Position numbers and translations under genes: made by a program
Origin: Macrostomum lignano
Lineage: Eukaryota
DNA length: 64,000 bases
NCBI GenBank assembly: GCA_002269645.1
Contig: NIVC01000608.1
Coordinates: 62,001-126,000 of the forward strand
Direction of reading: 5' to 3'
Notes under the pieces: model-generated
The model's database searches: none
Told to the model about the DNA's origin: nothing
Seen by the model: the letters and a program-made list of their open reading frames with translations, nothing else
Part shown: positions 50,722 to 64,000 of the stretch, piece by piece
How positions within the stretch are numbered: the first letter of the stretch is position 1
Layout: the number at the start of each line of letters is the position of its first letter

Positions 50722-52175
50722 GGGAGTACGACGTTTGCTTGCGGGAAGTTTGCTTGCCGAGCTTTGCTTGCCGAGCTTTGCTTGCAGGAAATTTACTTGC
50801 AGGAACTTTGCCTGCCGAACTTTGCTTGCCGAACTTTGCTTGCAGGAATTTCGCTTGCCGAACTTTGCTTTCTAGAATTCGCAATCGCACAATCGCAATA
50901 TTTTAACTTGCGGAATTATTTTCTTATTTGCTTGCTTGTTTTGATTGCTTGTGAAGTTGGTCAGTCAATTATTACTTACTACAGATGCTTTGCAAGTAGA
51001 TTCTTATCAGGGTCGACGTAAACTGACTTGACACCATAAAAGCTTTGAAACTTGGCTTATAGAGTTTTGTATTCTAAGAATTAAGTATATAGAATGCTTA
51101 GAGATTTAGTATTGGTAGATACTAGATAGGGATCGGTAGCAGTATAAATCTTTGTAGTTCCTGATTTCAGCACGATTGAGCAGATATGATAATTGCAGTG
51201 ATGCTAATGTATAATAATGCATATACTAATAATATATTAGTATATAAAATGTAATAATCCGCCATATCCTCATACAAAATCATAACACTCTATAGGCGAC
51301 TTCCACGAATCTTAGAAAATGAAAATTAGAAATACAAGAGCTCAAAAATAGGTTCTTTAAGGCTCCGCAGGAAAACTTTGGCTGGCAAACCTCGCAAGCA
51401 AATTTCCTGCAAGCAAACTTCGGCAAGGAAAGTTCCTGCAAGCAAACTTCGGCAAGCAAAGTTCCTGCAAGCAAACTTCGGCAAGAAAAGTTCCTGCAAG
51501 CAAACTTCGGCAAGCAAAGTTCCTGCAAGCAAAATTCGGCAAGAAAAGTTCCTGCAAGCAAACTTCGGCAAGAAAAGTTCCTGCAAGCAAACTTCGGCAA
51601 GCTTATGTGCAGCAAGCAAAGTTCCTGCAAGCAAACTTCGGCAAGCAAAGTTCCTGCAAGCAAACTTCGGCAAGCAAAGTTCCTGCAAGCAAACTTCGGC
51701 AAGCTTATGTGCAGCAAGCAAAGTTCCTGCAAGCAAACTTCGGCAAGCAAAGTTCCTGCAAGCAAACTTCGGCAAGCTTATGTGCAGCAAGCAAATTTCC
51801 TGCAAGCAAAATTCGGCAAGCAAAGTTCGGCAAGCAAACTTCGGCAAGCAAAGTTCGGCAAGCAAACTTCGGCAGGCAAAATTCCGCAAGCAAAGTTCGG
51901 CAAGCAGACTTCGGCAAGCAAAGTTCGGCAAGCAAATTTCCTGCAAGCAAAATTCGGCAAGCAAAGTTCGGCAAGCAAACTTCGGCAGGCAAAATTCCGC
52001 AAGCAAAGTTCGGCAAGCAGACTTCGGCAAGCAAAATTCCGCAAGCAAAATTCGGCAAGCAAAGTTCGGCAGGCAAAGTTCGGCAAGCAGACTTCGGCAA
52101 GCAAAGTTCCGCAAGCAAAAGTCCCGCAAGCAAACTTCGGTAAGCAAATTTCTCGCAAGCAAATTTCATAGACCC
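50722..52175. mobile_element. Foldback/Mutator-like element with internally repetitive, asymmetric inverted arms
   Basis: Left arm (TTTGCTTGCCGAAC)n at 50722-50876 is inverted relative to the right arm (GGCAAGCAAAGTTCCTGCAAGCAAACTTC)n at 51385-52175; GGG...CCC termini; TSD GTTGTCGCT at 50713-50721 and 52176-52184. Confidence 0.85.
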
Positions 52176-53195
52176 GTTGTCGCTGTCCATCCAATATGCA
52201 GGCAAAAACCTCGCTTCATCGTCTCTATTCTTAATTTCAACCATCATATCCGACGCTCTATAGGCTCTAAACTTTGGTCTAGAGAAGAAGATGCAAAAGA
52301 ATCGGCGGTTCCCACAACGATATACCCAATATCATGCTTTTTCTGCACTCCTGGATTTCACAAACCCGGAACCCGCCTGTCTAAGGCTAACTTTATCTGA
52401 ACCTCTCAGCGGTGATAAACAAGTCCTGTCTGGGTTAGCAGAGATTAACCCCCGTTTGTCCGGCAACTCTTGGCGTGCTCCAGCCTGATCTTGTCGGCAC
52501 CTCAGCAGCCCTATCCGGATCCCGGCAGACCCTGTACCGTCCAACCAAACCACTGGCCCAGAAAGCGGTTCCCACTGGACCCCCGCGTTTGTTACGCCCG
52601 TCCGGACCACCGGACCACAGCCCTTTTCAACAGCAGCAACACTTGCATGCATAAAAAACAATATTCATCAGTTCATCAGCTTTGACTCTTCCTCAATACG
52701 CGTGAGAAATACGGAATTAGACGCAAATCACTATTCTGCAGTTGTTGCGAGGCCGCGTAGCCTAGGCAACTTGAGACTTCTCGCTTGAGTATCCATGCAG
52801 CCATAGGTCCATTGTCAAATATACCGGTAGTAGTCCGCTCAGTGCAGTGAGATCATCCGCAATGTACAGAAAAACTCCGATGAGCCAGAGCCATTTTGAA
52901 TTATTTATGCATGGTATCCAAGTGTGCGCCACTCCACTGCTCACAAATGGACGGTCTTAGCGCTGGCTTAGGATTGGCAGAGACGATAGAATTTTCCATA
53001 GCTATGCTTATTTGGGCTGAGGACTCAGGATAAAAAAGGCGTATAGCTATCTCTTGTAACAAGGCACTATTGGAAAGTAAGATAAGTATGGCTCTTTTTT
53101 CAAAAACAACTATAATATCCTAAACCTCGGATCCGAAAAGACGCTGAAAAATTTTCTGCTTCCGTTTTCCCGCTTGGCCACCAGTCATCGGCGCC

Positions 53196-56192
53196 ATGGT
53201 GGAAAGACGCGGCGGAGACGATAAAACGGCTGCCAAGGCGACAGTCGACTCTATGCTCACTAGTCCGCCGAAGAATGCTCAGCAGTTGTACGCCGCGTTG
53301 CTTGACGAGGTGCGTGTTATTCGTAAGGAGCTCGGCCTGCTCGACAAGGAGTTCTACGAGGATGCCAGCTCCCTGGAATTCGTTTCCCGCTGGATGCCGG
53401 TGGTTCGCGAGGCCATGCGCTGCCACAATCTGGCTGAGCTCAACTCCCTGCGCCAGATTCAATCAGTCATCTTCCTGTCCCGCGACCCCGACGTGAAGGA
53501 GATGTACCCGGGCCTGACACCGGTCGGGCCGGACACGTGCGCTCAGCTTTGCCAGCTGCAGAACAAACTATTAGCTTTCATGCCAGGACGCTTCACTCTA
53601 GTCATGGACAAGCTGGGACGCGTGCACAGTCTGTGCGAAAAATACCTTCTGTCATTTCATAGCAGCGACTCTCCGTACCAAATCGACACGGCTCAGAAGT
53701 ACATGCTTAGCCGTCGTACCTGGGCAAATCAGGCTGCCGAGAGGGCAAAAGCAGTGCTGTACAATTCCCACCTATTCCTGCACGAGTCCCTCAGCGTCAG
53801 CCGGCTAGCGCGAGGCGCAACCGATCTCCTGCGCCGGGCAGACGCTTCCTCGGCGCCGTTCCTCGGTCTGTTCGCTGACGCCTGCGAGAACCTGCGCGCA
53901 AGCCTGGACTCTCTGGTTGATTGGATCAGCTCGGACAGGAACTACCCGGTGAGACTGAAGATCGACTTGTCGACGCTGGACAAGAATCGAGTGGAGCTGG
54001 AAAAACTGGCGAAAGCGCAGCGACACCAGCTGCATATGGCGCAGTACCGCAGCAAATCTCTGCAATCGGAAAAGGCAAAGCTTCACGTCGAGCTTCAAGC
54101 GATGGCAGACAGAGAGGCTGAATTGCTTTTTGAAGAAGAGCAGCTCCAACAGGATCTGGGAAATGCCAAGTTGGACCTCGAGATCAAGGAATTTCGCAAG
54201 GAGGAGCTACGCCGAGAGGTCAAAGAAAGCACCAGCGCCTCGAATGCGGCCGCAATGGACGCGGAGCTGTCCAGCCTAACAGAGCAGCTTCGAAGGCTCC
54301 GGTCGGACATGCCGCAGATGGAGCGGAAGCTGGTCAGCCTGCGCTCCAAGCTAGTTGTCATCGAGGAAAAGCAGAAACGCTTCGCCGAAGTTACTACGGC
54401 GCTCAACGACACGGAGGCACTGATGACGAAGCTGCGTGCCGAGGTGTCTGACGCTGGCGCACAACTGCAGAAGGCGGAGCAAACGCTTGAACGCTGCGCC
54501 GAAATTTACCGATTGAAGATGAGTGCAGAAACGCCAGAGAGAATCTTCTTCGGCCTGCCGCTCGACGGTCTGGAAAAGGAGCAACAGAAATCTACGCAGC
54601 AGCAGCAGTCCATGAACGCAAACGGTGGGAAGAGCCAGTCTGCGCCAGGCAGCGGCCCTTCTCAGTTGTCGTCAAGAGGCGGAGAGATTCCCTCCGCAAC
54701 TCCGTTTGGGCACCATGCGAATGCATCGTCAACTGCAAGCACAGTTGGTTAGTCGGTTGGGGATGTCAACTTAAGCACCAGAATAAAGCTCGAAGTAAAG
54801 CTTCAGACCAAAATGTGGTGACCGGAACAACGGATTAGCTAATGTATATACATACTAATACATACTAATGTATTTCAGTGCTTAAGATCAAAGATGAGCA
54901 AGCATATTAGTATAAGATTAAAAGACAGAACGGTGGATATTAACGATGGTATGCGACCGAGGGAACTGTAGAGTGGGAGATATAGCCATAGACTATACAC
55001 TAGTGTGACAAGCTTTGACTGGGGCTACGTCATGTCCCTCTGTAACGGGAGTGACGTGAACATTGATACGAACAGTAAGAAGATTTCCTAATACTTTGTT
55101 GTCAAGGAGCCGAGGCGAGAACATACGCTATAGTGTTATCAGAGGCTGTTTAGCATGTCGTAACATTTCAAACAATGACACGTGATGGTCGGTCACGGAA
55201 CAAAGCGGTCGGGGGCCCGCCGCCGGCGATTGAGCGTTTATAGCGTAATTCATATCGCTCAGGTCTGTTTGCTTGTGGTTAGTCGGTTGGGGATGTCAAC
55301 TTAAGCACCAGAATAAAGCTCGAAGTAAAGCTTCAGACCAAAAGCGATTGGAATCAAAATTCCACGAGCGCATGTCCCCTGGGAGCTTAAGTGAGGAACC
55401 TGGATGGGGATGTCTGGGCGTCTCTAGTCAACTGGTCTGACTGAAAATGTATCTTTTTAAGGGTATCCTTGGAGTATTCAAAGTTCAACTATTGTTAATG
55501 TCCGTTTTGTTTCGTTTTGGTTGATGCCCGGTGGGGAAGAGTTGCCATCAATTCGCTTCTTACATTTGACAAACCGAGCACTTCCACTCGAGCTTTAGCA
55601 ACTTACACTTTGCTCTTTACGAATGCTTCCAAATAATCTTTTTTCAGGCGACAAAAGAATGCGTCGTTCGGAGACGGCTGAAATAAATGGTAATTTTGAA
55701 CAGCTGTTGACAGTTAAGCTAAAAAATCAGCTAATAAATATTTTCATTTACTCAATTTTAGCCGGCAGCGCATTCGATCAGGTCTGTTTGCTTGTGGCGC
55801 ACAAAATTGAGCGCGACTGGAAGCGGCTCTACCGGGCACTGCCGTTTGTGCCGCAGCGCAGTCGGGAGACCATCGACCGGGACATCGCCGAGTTGCAGCG
55901 CAGTTTTGTTGCCGATTCGCTGTTCGAGTGCGCCTGGCGGGCTATCCAACGCTGGCGGCGCTATCACCGGCGGGCCAAGCTGCTGGAGCTGCGGTCCGCT
56001 CTCGAGCGCATGCGGCGCGGGGACGTTGTCGACGATATCGACGCCTTCCTGCGGCCACCGGACGGCGAGCCCCGGTCGGCGAAGGACGACAAGCACAATG
56101 ATCCGCTGCCGGAACATCTTGACAAGCAGCTGATGGCGTTCTACCGACATCTGGAGCCGGCCGATTCGCAGCAGCACGACGTTGTAAATTAA
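53196..56192 (+). CDS. Coiled-coil protein with C-terminal death domain, ~674 aa; exons 53196-54747, 55648-55689, 55762-56192
   Basis: Strong Kozak context GCCATGG; long heptad-rich segment; phase-1 introns (G|GTTAGT, TTTTCAG|, G|GTAATT, TTTTAG|). The last exon has a death-fold pattern: LVAHKIERDWKRLYRAL...AWRAIQRW...LLELRSALERMRRGDVVDDI. Confidence 0.82.
55259..55343 (+). repeat. 85-bp chimeric duplicate made of an exon-3 piece and an exon-1/intron-1 junction piece
   Basis: 55259-55278 equals 55778-55797; 55276-55343 equals 54746-54813; the two parts overlap at TGG. Confidence 0.92.
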
Positions 56193-58955
56193 TAACATGC
56201 AATTAGCAGTCGAAGTCACCGATAAAGTAGCACGCACGACTTCTCGTTTCTCTGCTAGTTTTATGGCCTTGCAAATAAACTGCTCTTCTTTTTATTTTCT
56301 TAATAAGTTTTCGATATAGAAACAGACTCTCATTGCTACAGGCGAAACAAACTGTTTGAATAAATTGGCACATGCAAAATTTAATTAAAAACGCAAACAA
56401 TCAAAACAGTTTGCGAAGCATGAAAGCGTACTGCTTGCTGACCGTTGCAGTCTTAAAAAACTTGTAGTTCACATTAGCTTCTATACTGTGTGCCCGAAAG
56501 TGAGATTCGAACTTGCGATAGCCCTGGACCGCTGTCTGAGTTCTTATCTTACCTATTAACAATTGTTAACTGTGATGGGCTCAGACAAATCTTTAAAGAA
56601 TTCTATATAGCCCGTATAACTAGCTTTTTTGCACAAGCAAAAAACTTCCTTTAACATTCGTTTCTTGCTACTTACATGTACTCTTCAGTAAGTTCTGATG
56701 AATAACAACACGCGTCGGCCTACTCTCATCCGACGTATATGTAAACGAGTACGAAACTCGCGACTCCGTATGCGTACAGCGCTGCCACATCTGCAGACTA
56801 AAGTGTCATTTTTAGCGCCCCTGCAAGCAAGTAATGAATACTTTGCAACTTATGCACTTGACTGTTATGCATGAGCCCCTAGTTCGATTCCGTGCGCTTT
56901 GAGGACATTCATTTGGGACCTTGATTCACACCCAAGAGGGTCAAACACCAAAGCACAGAGTGTACACACCTGACGATTAGAAAGTCAGGGCCGCCGTACA
57001 CGTCAAGTCAAAGCACTCTGGTTAAACTTCGATAAAACCGGACGGACATCTCTCATACAGCTATAGTAGTGACAAGCTAGCGGAGTGTGCATAGCCATAA
57101 GCTAGAAATGATTGGCCCCATTCGTCGTCACTTTGAGTGCAGCACGTCAATGCAGCAGTTGCAATCTACCAATTGGTGCATGCAGTGAGTACAGGGATTT
57201 TTTTGAAAGAAAAAATATCGATCCCACAGCAGTTCTGTTCTCCAGTCCGTCTAGAGCGCTAAGCGGATTTTCCCGCTCTTCCTACAGAATCGATCTGTGA
57301 ACTGAACTACTCGGGGCGCTCGCTAGACAGCGGAATCAAAAAACTCATGCTTGACTTTGCGAACCCCAAATTTCAGCAATACCGCCGCTTCCACGAGGCT
57401 GCATAGCTGACCCTTCCGGAAAATTAGAAGAACAACTAAACTCGCGCATAAAGTCCATTACTTTTCTTATAGTTTTTTTTTATTTCGACACATTCGGACG
57501 ACAATTCCACGAGCAAAATCCCAGTTTGTTGTGCAAATCTTTATTAAATTGGCATTTATTGATTATTTCAACAATAATTAGAACAAAGGACAGAGAGAGA
57601 TAGAAAGAGAGAGGGAGAGCAAGGCTCGGGAAGCAGACCAGACTGGCAATAAAAATTTGATTCAACCCATTCCGTTCATTGTGGGGGAGCAAATAACCAG
57701 ATAGACAGAGAAAAGAGCAGCATAGCAGATATAGATAAAGCAACAGGACGATAAAAAATTGCATAAGTCCACGACGACTAAACAGTTCAAGGACATCTAC
57801 TAAGTCTAAGACTGCCCGAATCTTTTCTAATTATACAATGAACAATAGCATATATCGATTTTGGAAGAATGCCAAAATGACGCAACTCACTGAAGTCTCT
57901 ACCATATAATAAAGACATTATGCAAGTTTTATACCGAAGCAATAATAACGTACTAACTAATGGAAAGAGGTACATACAGAGTAATAAATAAGCCTATTGC
58001 CCCGGGACAATCACCAATTGTAACAAAAAGAGAAAACTATGAGACAGAGGAAAAAAGCAACAGCGAAAAGTACAGACAACAAAATCGGGGCTGAATAAGC
58101 AACAATTCTAAAAACCCGCTTAACTAATTATATAGATTAGGTGCAAAAATTAAATGATAACTCAACAAATTAACAATAAGCGCTCTCACTCGCTTTGGGG
58201 ACAAAGAATAATGATTTATAGATCGGGGGTCGGCAGACTCTCTTTTAACTTAACCGGCCAGATATAGAAGCTAGCGCATGACCAAATGAGAAGAGATAGG
58301 GAGAGGCGAGAGGAGAGGCGAGAGGAGGGTAGATAAAGACTGCTATTGTGAGGTTTCAAAGGACCCGAGGGCCTCGCGGGCTTCGCGGGCGAGGCCCTCG
58401 ATAGAGGCTTCGCGGGCGCCAGAGTTTGCCGACCCCTGATATACTAATGTATATATATTTAACATTCAGCATGTCCAAAAATAAATCATGGCAGGTCAAC
58501 ACTGCTGAAATGTAAACGACAGCTTGGTGGCGTGTTGGGAGAATTTGGCGGGGAGAAAGACTGCCGACTACCCCCACAGGCCAATTATCCCCCCCCCCGG
58601 AAACAAGCAAAATGTTAAATGAAACTCAATTTGCAAAAAGAGAGAACAAAGGATCAATAAAATTAATATGATCAACAAAGTATTCTATGGATTAAGAGAG
58701 ACACAAATAAAGCAATGACAATGTTAGACACGTAGGCAGAAGTCAGCCAATCACTCAGTCGCAGGTAGGTGAGTCAACACCAAAACAGTAGGGTATGCTT
58801 ATGCAAAAATCAAGGTTTTCTCACAGATTATTCGCCTATACTACTTATTATAATTTTTATTATAAATAGACTTTAGTAGGCAAATATTGTTTTTATTATT
58901 AATTACCTTCTCTCGTTTACTCATTATTAACGAGAAGTTTACCTGCGCTGAACAT

Positions 58956-60523
<1,568 letters not shown>

Positions 60524-62689
60524 TTAGAAATAAAATACCAACATCTCTATGCTATTCTCGCAGAAGTTGCAAGTCTACAGACTCAACACTTACAGATTGT
60601 TTAAATTTGAAATTTGATTCATATTATTGGTGCTTCAAATGAAATATGAATCAAAATAGCAAATACAGATCTTAAACTAAATGACATCAAGCTTAGAAAA
60701 AAATAAATAGCCAAATTGACATCTTCTAAGGTCTAAATTTAGAATTCCAAAAGTAACTTTGTCATGACACATGCTAACACAAACTCAGCATGGAATAGCT
60801 ATATCTATAGCTAGAAAGATGCTTCAACTAACGATAAATGTGATCTTGTAAACCATATATGTATATGTATCTTTTGAACAATAGTATGCGCAAAATATAC
60901 AATATATTAGCAAACACTTTTATAGCTTTTTAAATTTAAGTTTTACAAAATTTAAGAAAATTTATAGTTCCACAAACATGCTACATGTATATAACAGTTT
61001 TAACAAATTCAAATACTTTAAAAAATCATAATAATATCACTGATTTACAGGACAATAACAAAGTACCAATAATATTGAAATTAGATAAAAAATGCATGCA
61101 AAAACTAGAAACTTTCAAAATTTTTACTTTTTAATTTTTTAAATCAAAATTTGCTTTTAAAAATCCCAAAATTTAGAAAATTGAAATTGAAATTCTAGAA
61201 CATCTCTAAAATTTATCATCCTATTTACCTTTTATTAGCAATGATCAACTATGCATAATATTCCTTTGGCTAGTTAAGTTCTAACGTTTTAATTAAGATT
61301 GCATCATAACAACCTTTGGCTTTAATCTAAATATACTAAATCTTTATCTTACTAAATTAGCTAGATGCAATGAAAAGTTTTGGCTATCAGAGAATATAAA
61401 TATTAGTTATTTTCATAAAAATTCCAATCTATATTAATATTAGGAATTTGGTCCATTTTTTACAATAATCCATAGTCCAAGTATGCACAATGCATATGCA
61501 CCAGTTTTTTTTGCTTGCATACTACACATAGGAAGGTTGGATTAAATCCACTAAGTATGCGCCAATAAATCCTAAGAAAGAAGGTTGCAAGTTGAGGCAC
61601 TGCAACAATCAATCTCTTTAAAACATGTACTAGGTTTCCCTAAAACATATATTATAATGCCTAGCAGCCTTACACTTTAAAACAAATTGGACTATAAATT
61701 AAGACATCACAAAAGTTTTTTCTGTTACACTTTACTTTACTTTGTTAAAATCAGAATAAAACTGGCAGACATCTATCCTGATTAGAGCATTTTAGGAACT
61801 AGGGATTTGCGGAAATATCATTTAAAACATTCTCTTAGTAATTTATAAATGAAATAGACCATTTTTGGCAATTTTGCTAAGTCTAAGCCACTTATTTTGC
61901 TTTTTTTCTTCAAAAAACCTTATTTTTGTTTCTCATAAATCATCAAAATGGGGGGGGATATATCCCTATATCCCTCCCTAGCTATACTACTAGTTCTTTA
62001 TATTTAGGAAAGGCCACAGAAACTATAATAGCTAGATAGGCCACTTAAGGCAAATGTCCTTAGTTTTTTATTTTTCTACTTTTAGTTCAATAGCAAATAA
62101 AGAATTCATTAGCTATATTATGTATAACAACAGTTTATATGGCTGGTATAGTTTACAAGTGGAGCATGCAGACATGCAAACAACTTAATTGGTTCAGCTA
62201 AATGTACATTGGCTAATGCCACTAAAATGTATGAATATATAGCAATCAACAAGAGAGCACTTGGTGAGGAAATAAAAAGGGTGGGGGTTAACTGTAAAGG
62301 GTAATATCTATATAGGCATGCAAAATTAGAGTGGGGGGGTATAAGGGTCGCTATATAAGCAAATAGGAAGTGAGGAAAGAATTAAGATAAGATCTCAATC
62401 ATCTAGCTTATTGGCCCACCACAGATACTATAAACTGACTAGATTTAGCAAATACAAGACAAGCTCTGTTTGTTTTCTCGACTTAAAGTGCCTGCTTTAC
62501 TTTATTAATATAAGATATCATATAGATTTCTTCATTAAAAATGAAAAAAAAATTAAGATAAAATTCAGAGTAGTATAAGCAGCAGTTTCTTGATTCCCGT
62601 GGAATACGATGGTCAAAAAAATTCCAAATCCATCTAGCTACACTACAAGAGCCTAGCTGCCTACCAAATGTTGAGCAACAAGTGAAGTT

Positions 62690-63946
62690 TCTACTTCTAT
62701 CTAAGATATTGTTGAAGCAGTCAACCTGCCAGTTCTTTTCATCCCCTGGAGTCTGCCAGAAAACAATCAAACTGTTGCATGAAAAGCTTGCTAATGACCC
62801 CAAGCCATAGCAACTAGCAACCCTTTGCTTGGATCGCATGAGTTTATTAGCTAGCATCTGCTACAACCACCATGGTGACTAAGTTGTAGGCTATGACCTT
62901 GCTAATGACCTTGAGCAAAATCTTCAAAGATCCATAAACAAAGCAGTTGTTGCTATTCTTAGTGGAATCTGGAGCAACTGGAAGCAACTAATTGCATACT
63001 ATCAAGTACATAGAACCTTTGGTCAGCTTCAATTCAAGTCTGCAATAGACGAGTGCCTTTGCTCTGCAAAAGGCCTATCCCAAACTGGTGAGTTGAGTAC
63101 TTAAATGATATAATGCCTTATAAAAATTAAAACAAAGTTTGAAAATATAAAATAATTTATTTTGTACTAAAATTCTATTGCTATTGTTTTGATTTGAAAC
63201 TTCAAGTCTTCAAAAAAAATCAGTTTGTGCTAGTAAACATTTTGTTTATTTAAGGCCTTGGAACTTTTTATTTGTTTAGGTAACTCCTACAGCTCCATTT
63301 CTAAACTATCCTGTGACACAAAAACCCATATTTGTGATCATCAATCCCACACTGCCTAAAGAATGTGTGCAATACCCTCATTAAGAACAACATCATTTTG
63401 ATAGAGACAAGCAAGCAAGATGGCAAGACTTTGGTCAACTTCTACAAAAGGGACAGCAGCTGATCATTTAGACTGGCGAGTTAGCTGAGTGATGCACACT
63501 TCAACCTCCAATTGGGCCAGAAAATGAAAGTCTACCTAGCCACTCTGATCTTTAGTCACTTGGTTGCTAGCAAAATCAAGACACTAGTGCATCAGGAACT
63601 GCCTATTGAATATTGATGCCTTGCAGATAGCAGATTTTGTGCAGAGAGTTAATGATGCATTCAACTTGTTGAATTTATGCACATTTTTGACAAAGAATTT
63701 AAGCAGCCAATCATATCAAATTTGCTTGAAGAAAAGATTGTCAAGTTGCGCAGCATCAAAGCCTTCATTGGAAGCTGGCAGTTCCTTCCTAGTAGCAGGA
63801 AATCAATAAAGGTCACTATTAAATTCAAAGAGGCATTGATTCTGTCAACTTCTGCAATATGGCAGCTAAGCATAGTGTTGATTTAAGATGAGCACAACAA
63901 GTTCTTGTGCATGCAAAGACTAACACAGGATCATGTTAAGGTGAGT
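62690..63946 (+). pseudogene. Decayed P-element/THAP9-like transposase
   Basis: Motif remnants in order: TLCLDRMS...GD*VVGYD, ILSGIWSNWKQLIAYY, AHFNLQLGQKMKVYLATLIFSHLVA, ADFVQRVNDAFNLLN, FLCMQRLTQDHVK; internal stops and frameshifts; GTGAGT donors at 63088 and 63941. Confidence 0.8.
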
Positions 63947-64000
63947 TACCTCAATTTTTTAAATCAAACATTTTATAAATTGTATAATCACAAATACAAA

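Noticed and set aside
51280-52400. Multiple overlapping Cys/Leu- or Lys/Gln-rich ORFs (up to 340 aa)
   Set aside because: All frames are open because they translate the repetitive arm of the foldback element.
56490-56560. tRNA gene (B-box-like GTTCGAATC on the minus strand; another GTTCGATTCC at about 56882)
   Set aside because: No A-box or closable cloverleaf could be built; at most these are tRNA-derived SINE remnants.
58224-58438. hAT MITE with C(G/A)GGGGTCGGCA(G/A)ACTC termini
   Set aside because: The TIR-like match is 16/18, but the flanks (TTATAGAT vs ATATACTA) give no TSD, so it is not supported as a discrete insertion.

Overview
Eukaryotic (animal, invertebrate) genomic DNA that is very rich in repeats. 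GC-rich exons, introns packed with minisatellites, (GACA)n tracts and TTAGGG-type repeats resemble a lophotrochozoan such as the flatworm Macrostomum, but the host is an inference. Host genes: a single-exon rhodopsin-class GPCR; a minus-strand cluster of Pcc1/LAGE3, a degenerate multi-RRM protein and a 6-finger C2H2 protein; a small type I membrane protein; a coiled-coil/death-domain protein; and a class II ARF (last two exons). Mobile elements with termini and target-site duplications (TSDs) read from the sequence: a compact Ty3/Gypsy LTR retrotransposon (9640-13946, 5-bp TSD); a 6.3-kb TIR transposon with a 5-exon, ~1190-aa C/DxxH-type DDE transposase (40512-46848, 8-bp TSD); two Mutator-like foldback elements (9-bp TSDs); two small elements with 8-bp TSDs; and a decayed P-element/THAP9-like transposase. 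About 20 different tandem arrays occur, nearly one per intron, and many have ~31-32 bp units. No CRISPR, rRNA or intact tRNA genes were found. All splice models and alignments were made by eye, so array boundaries are approximate.
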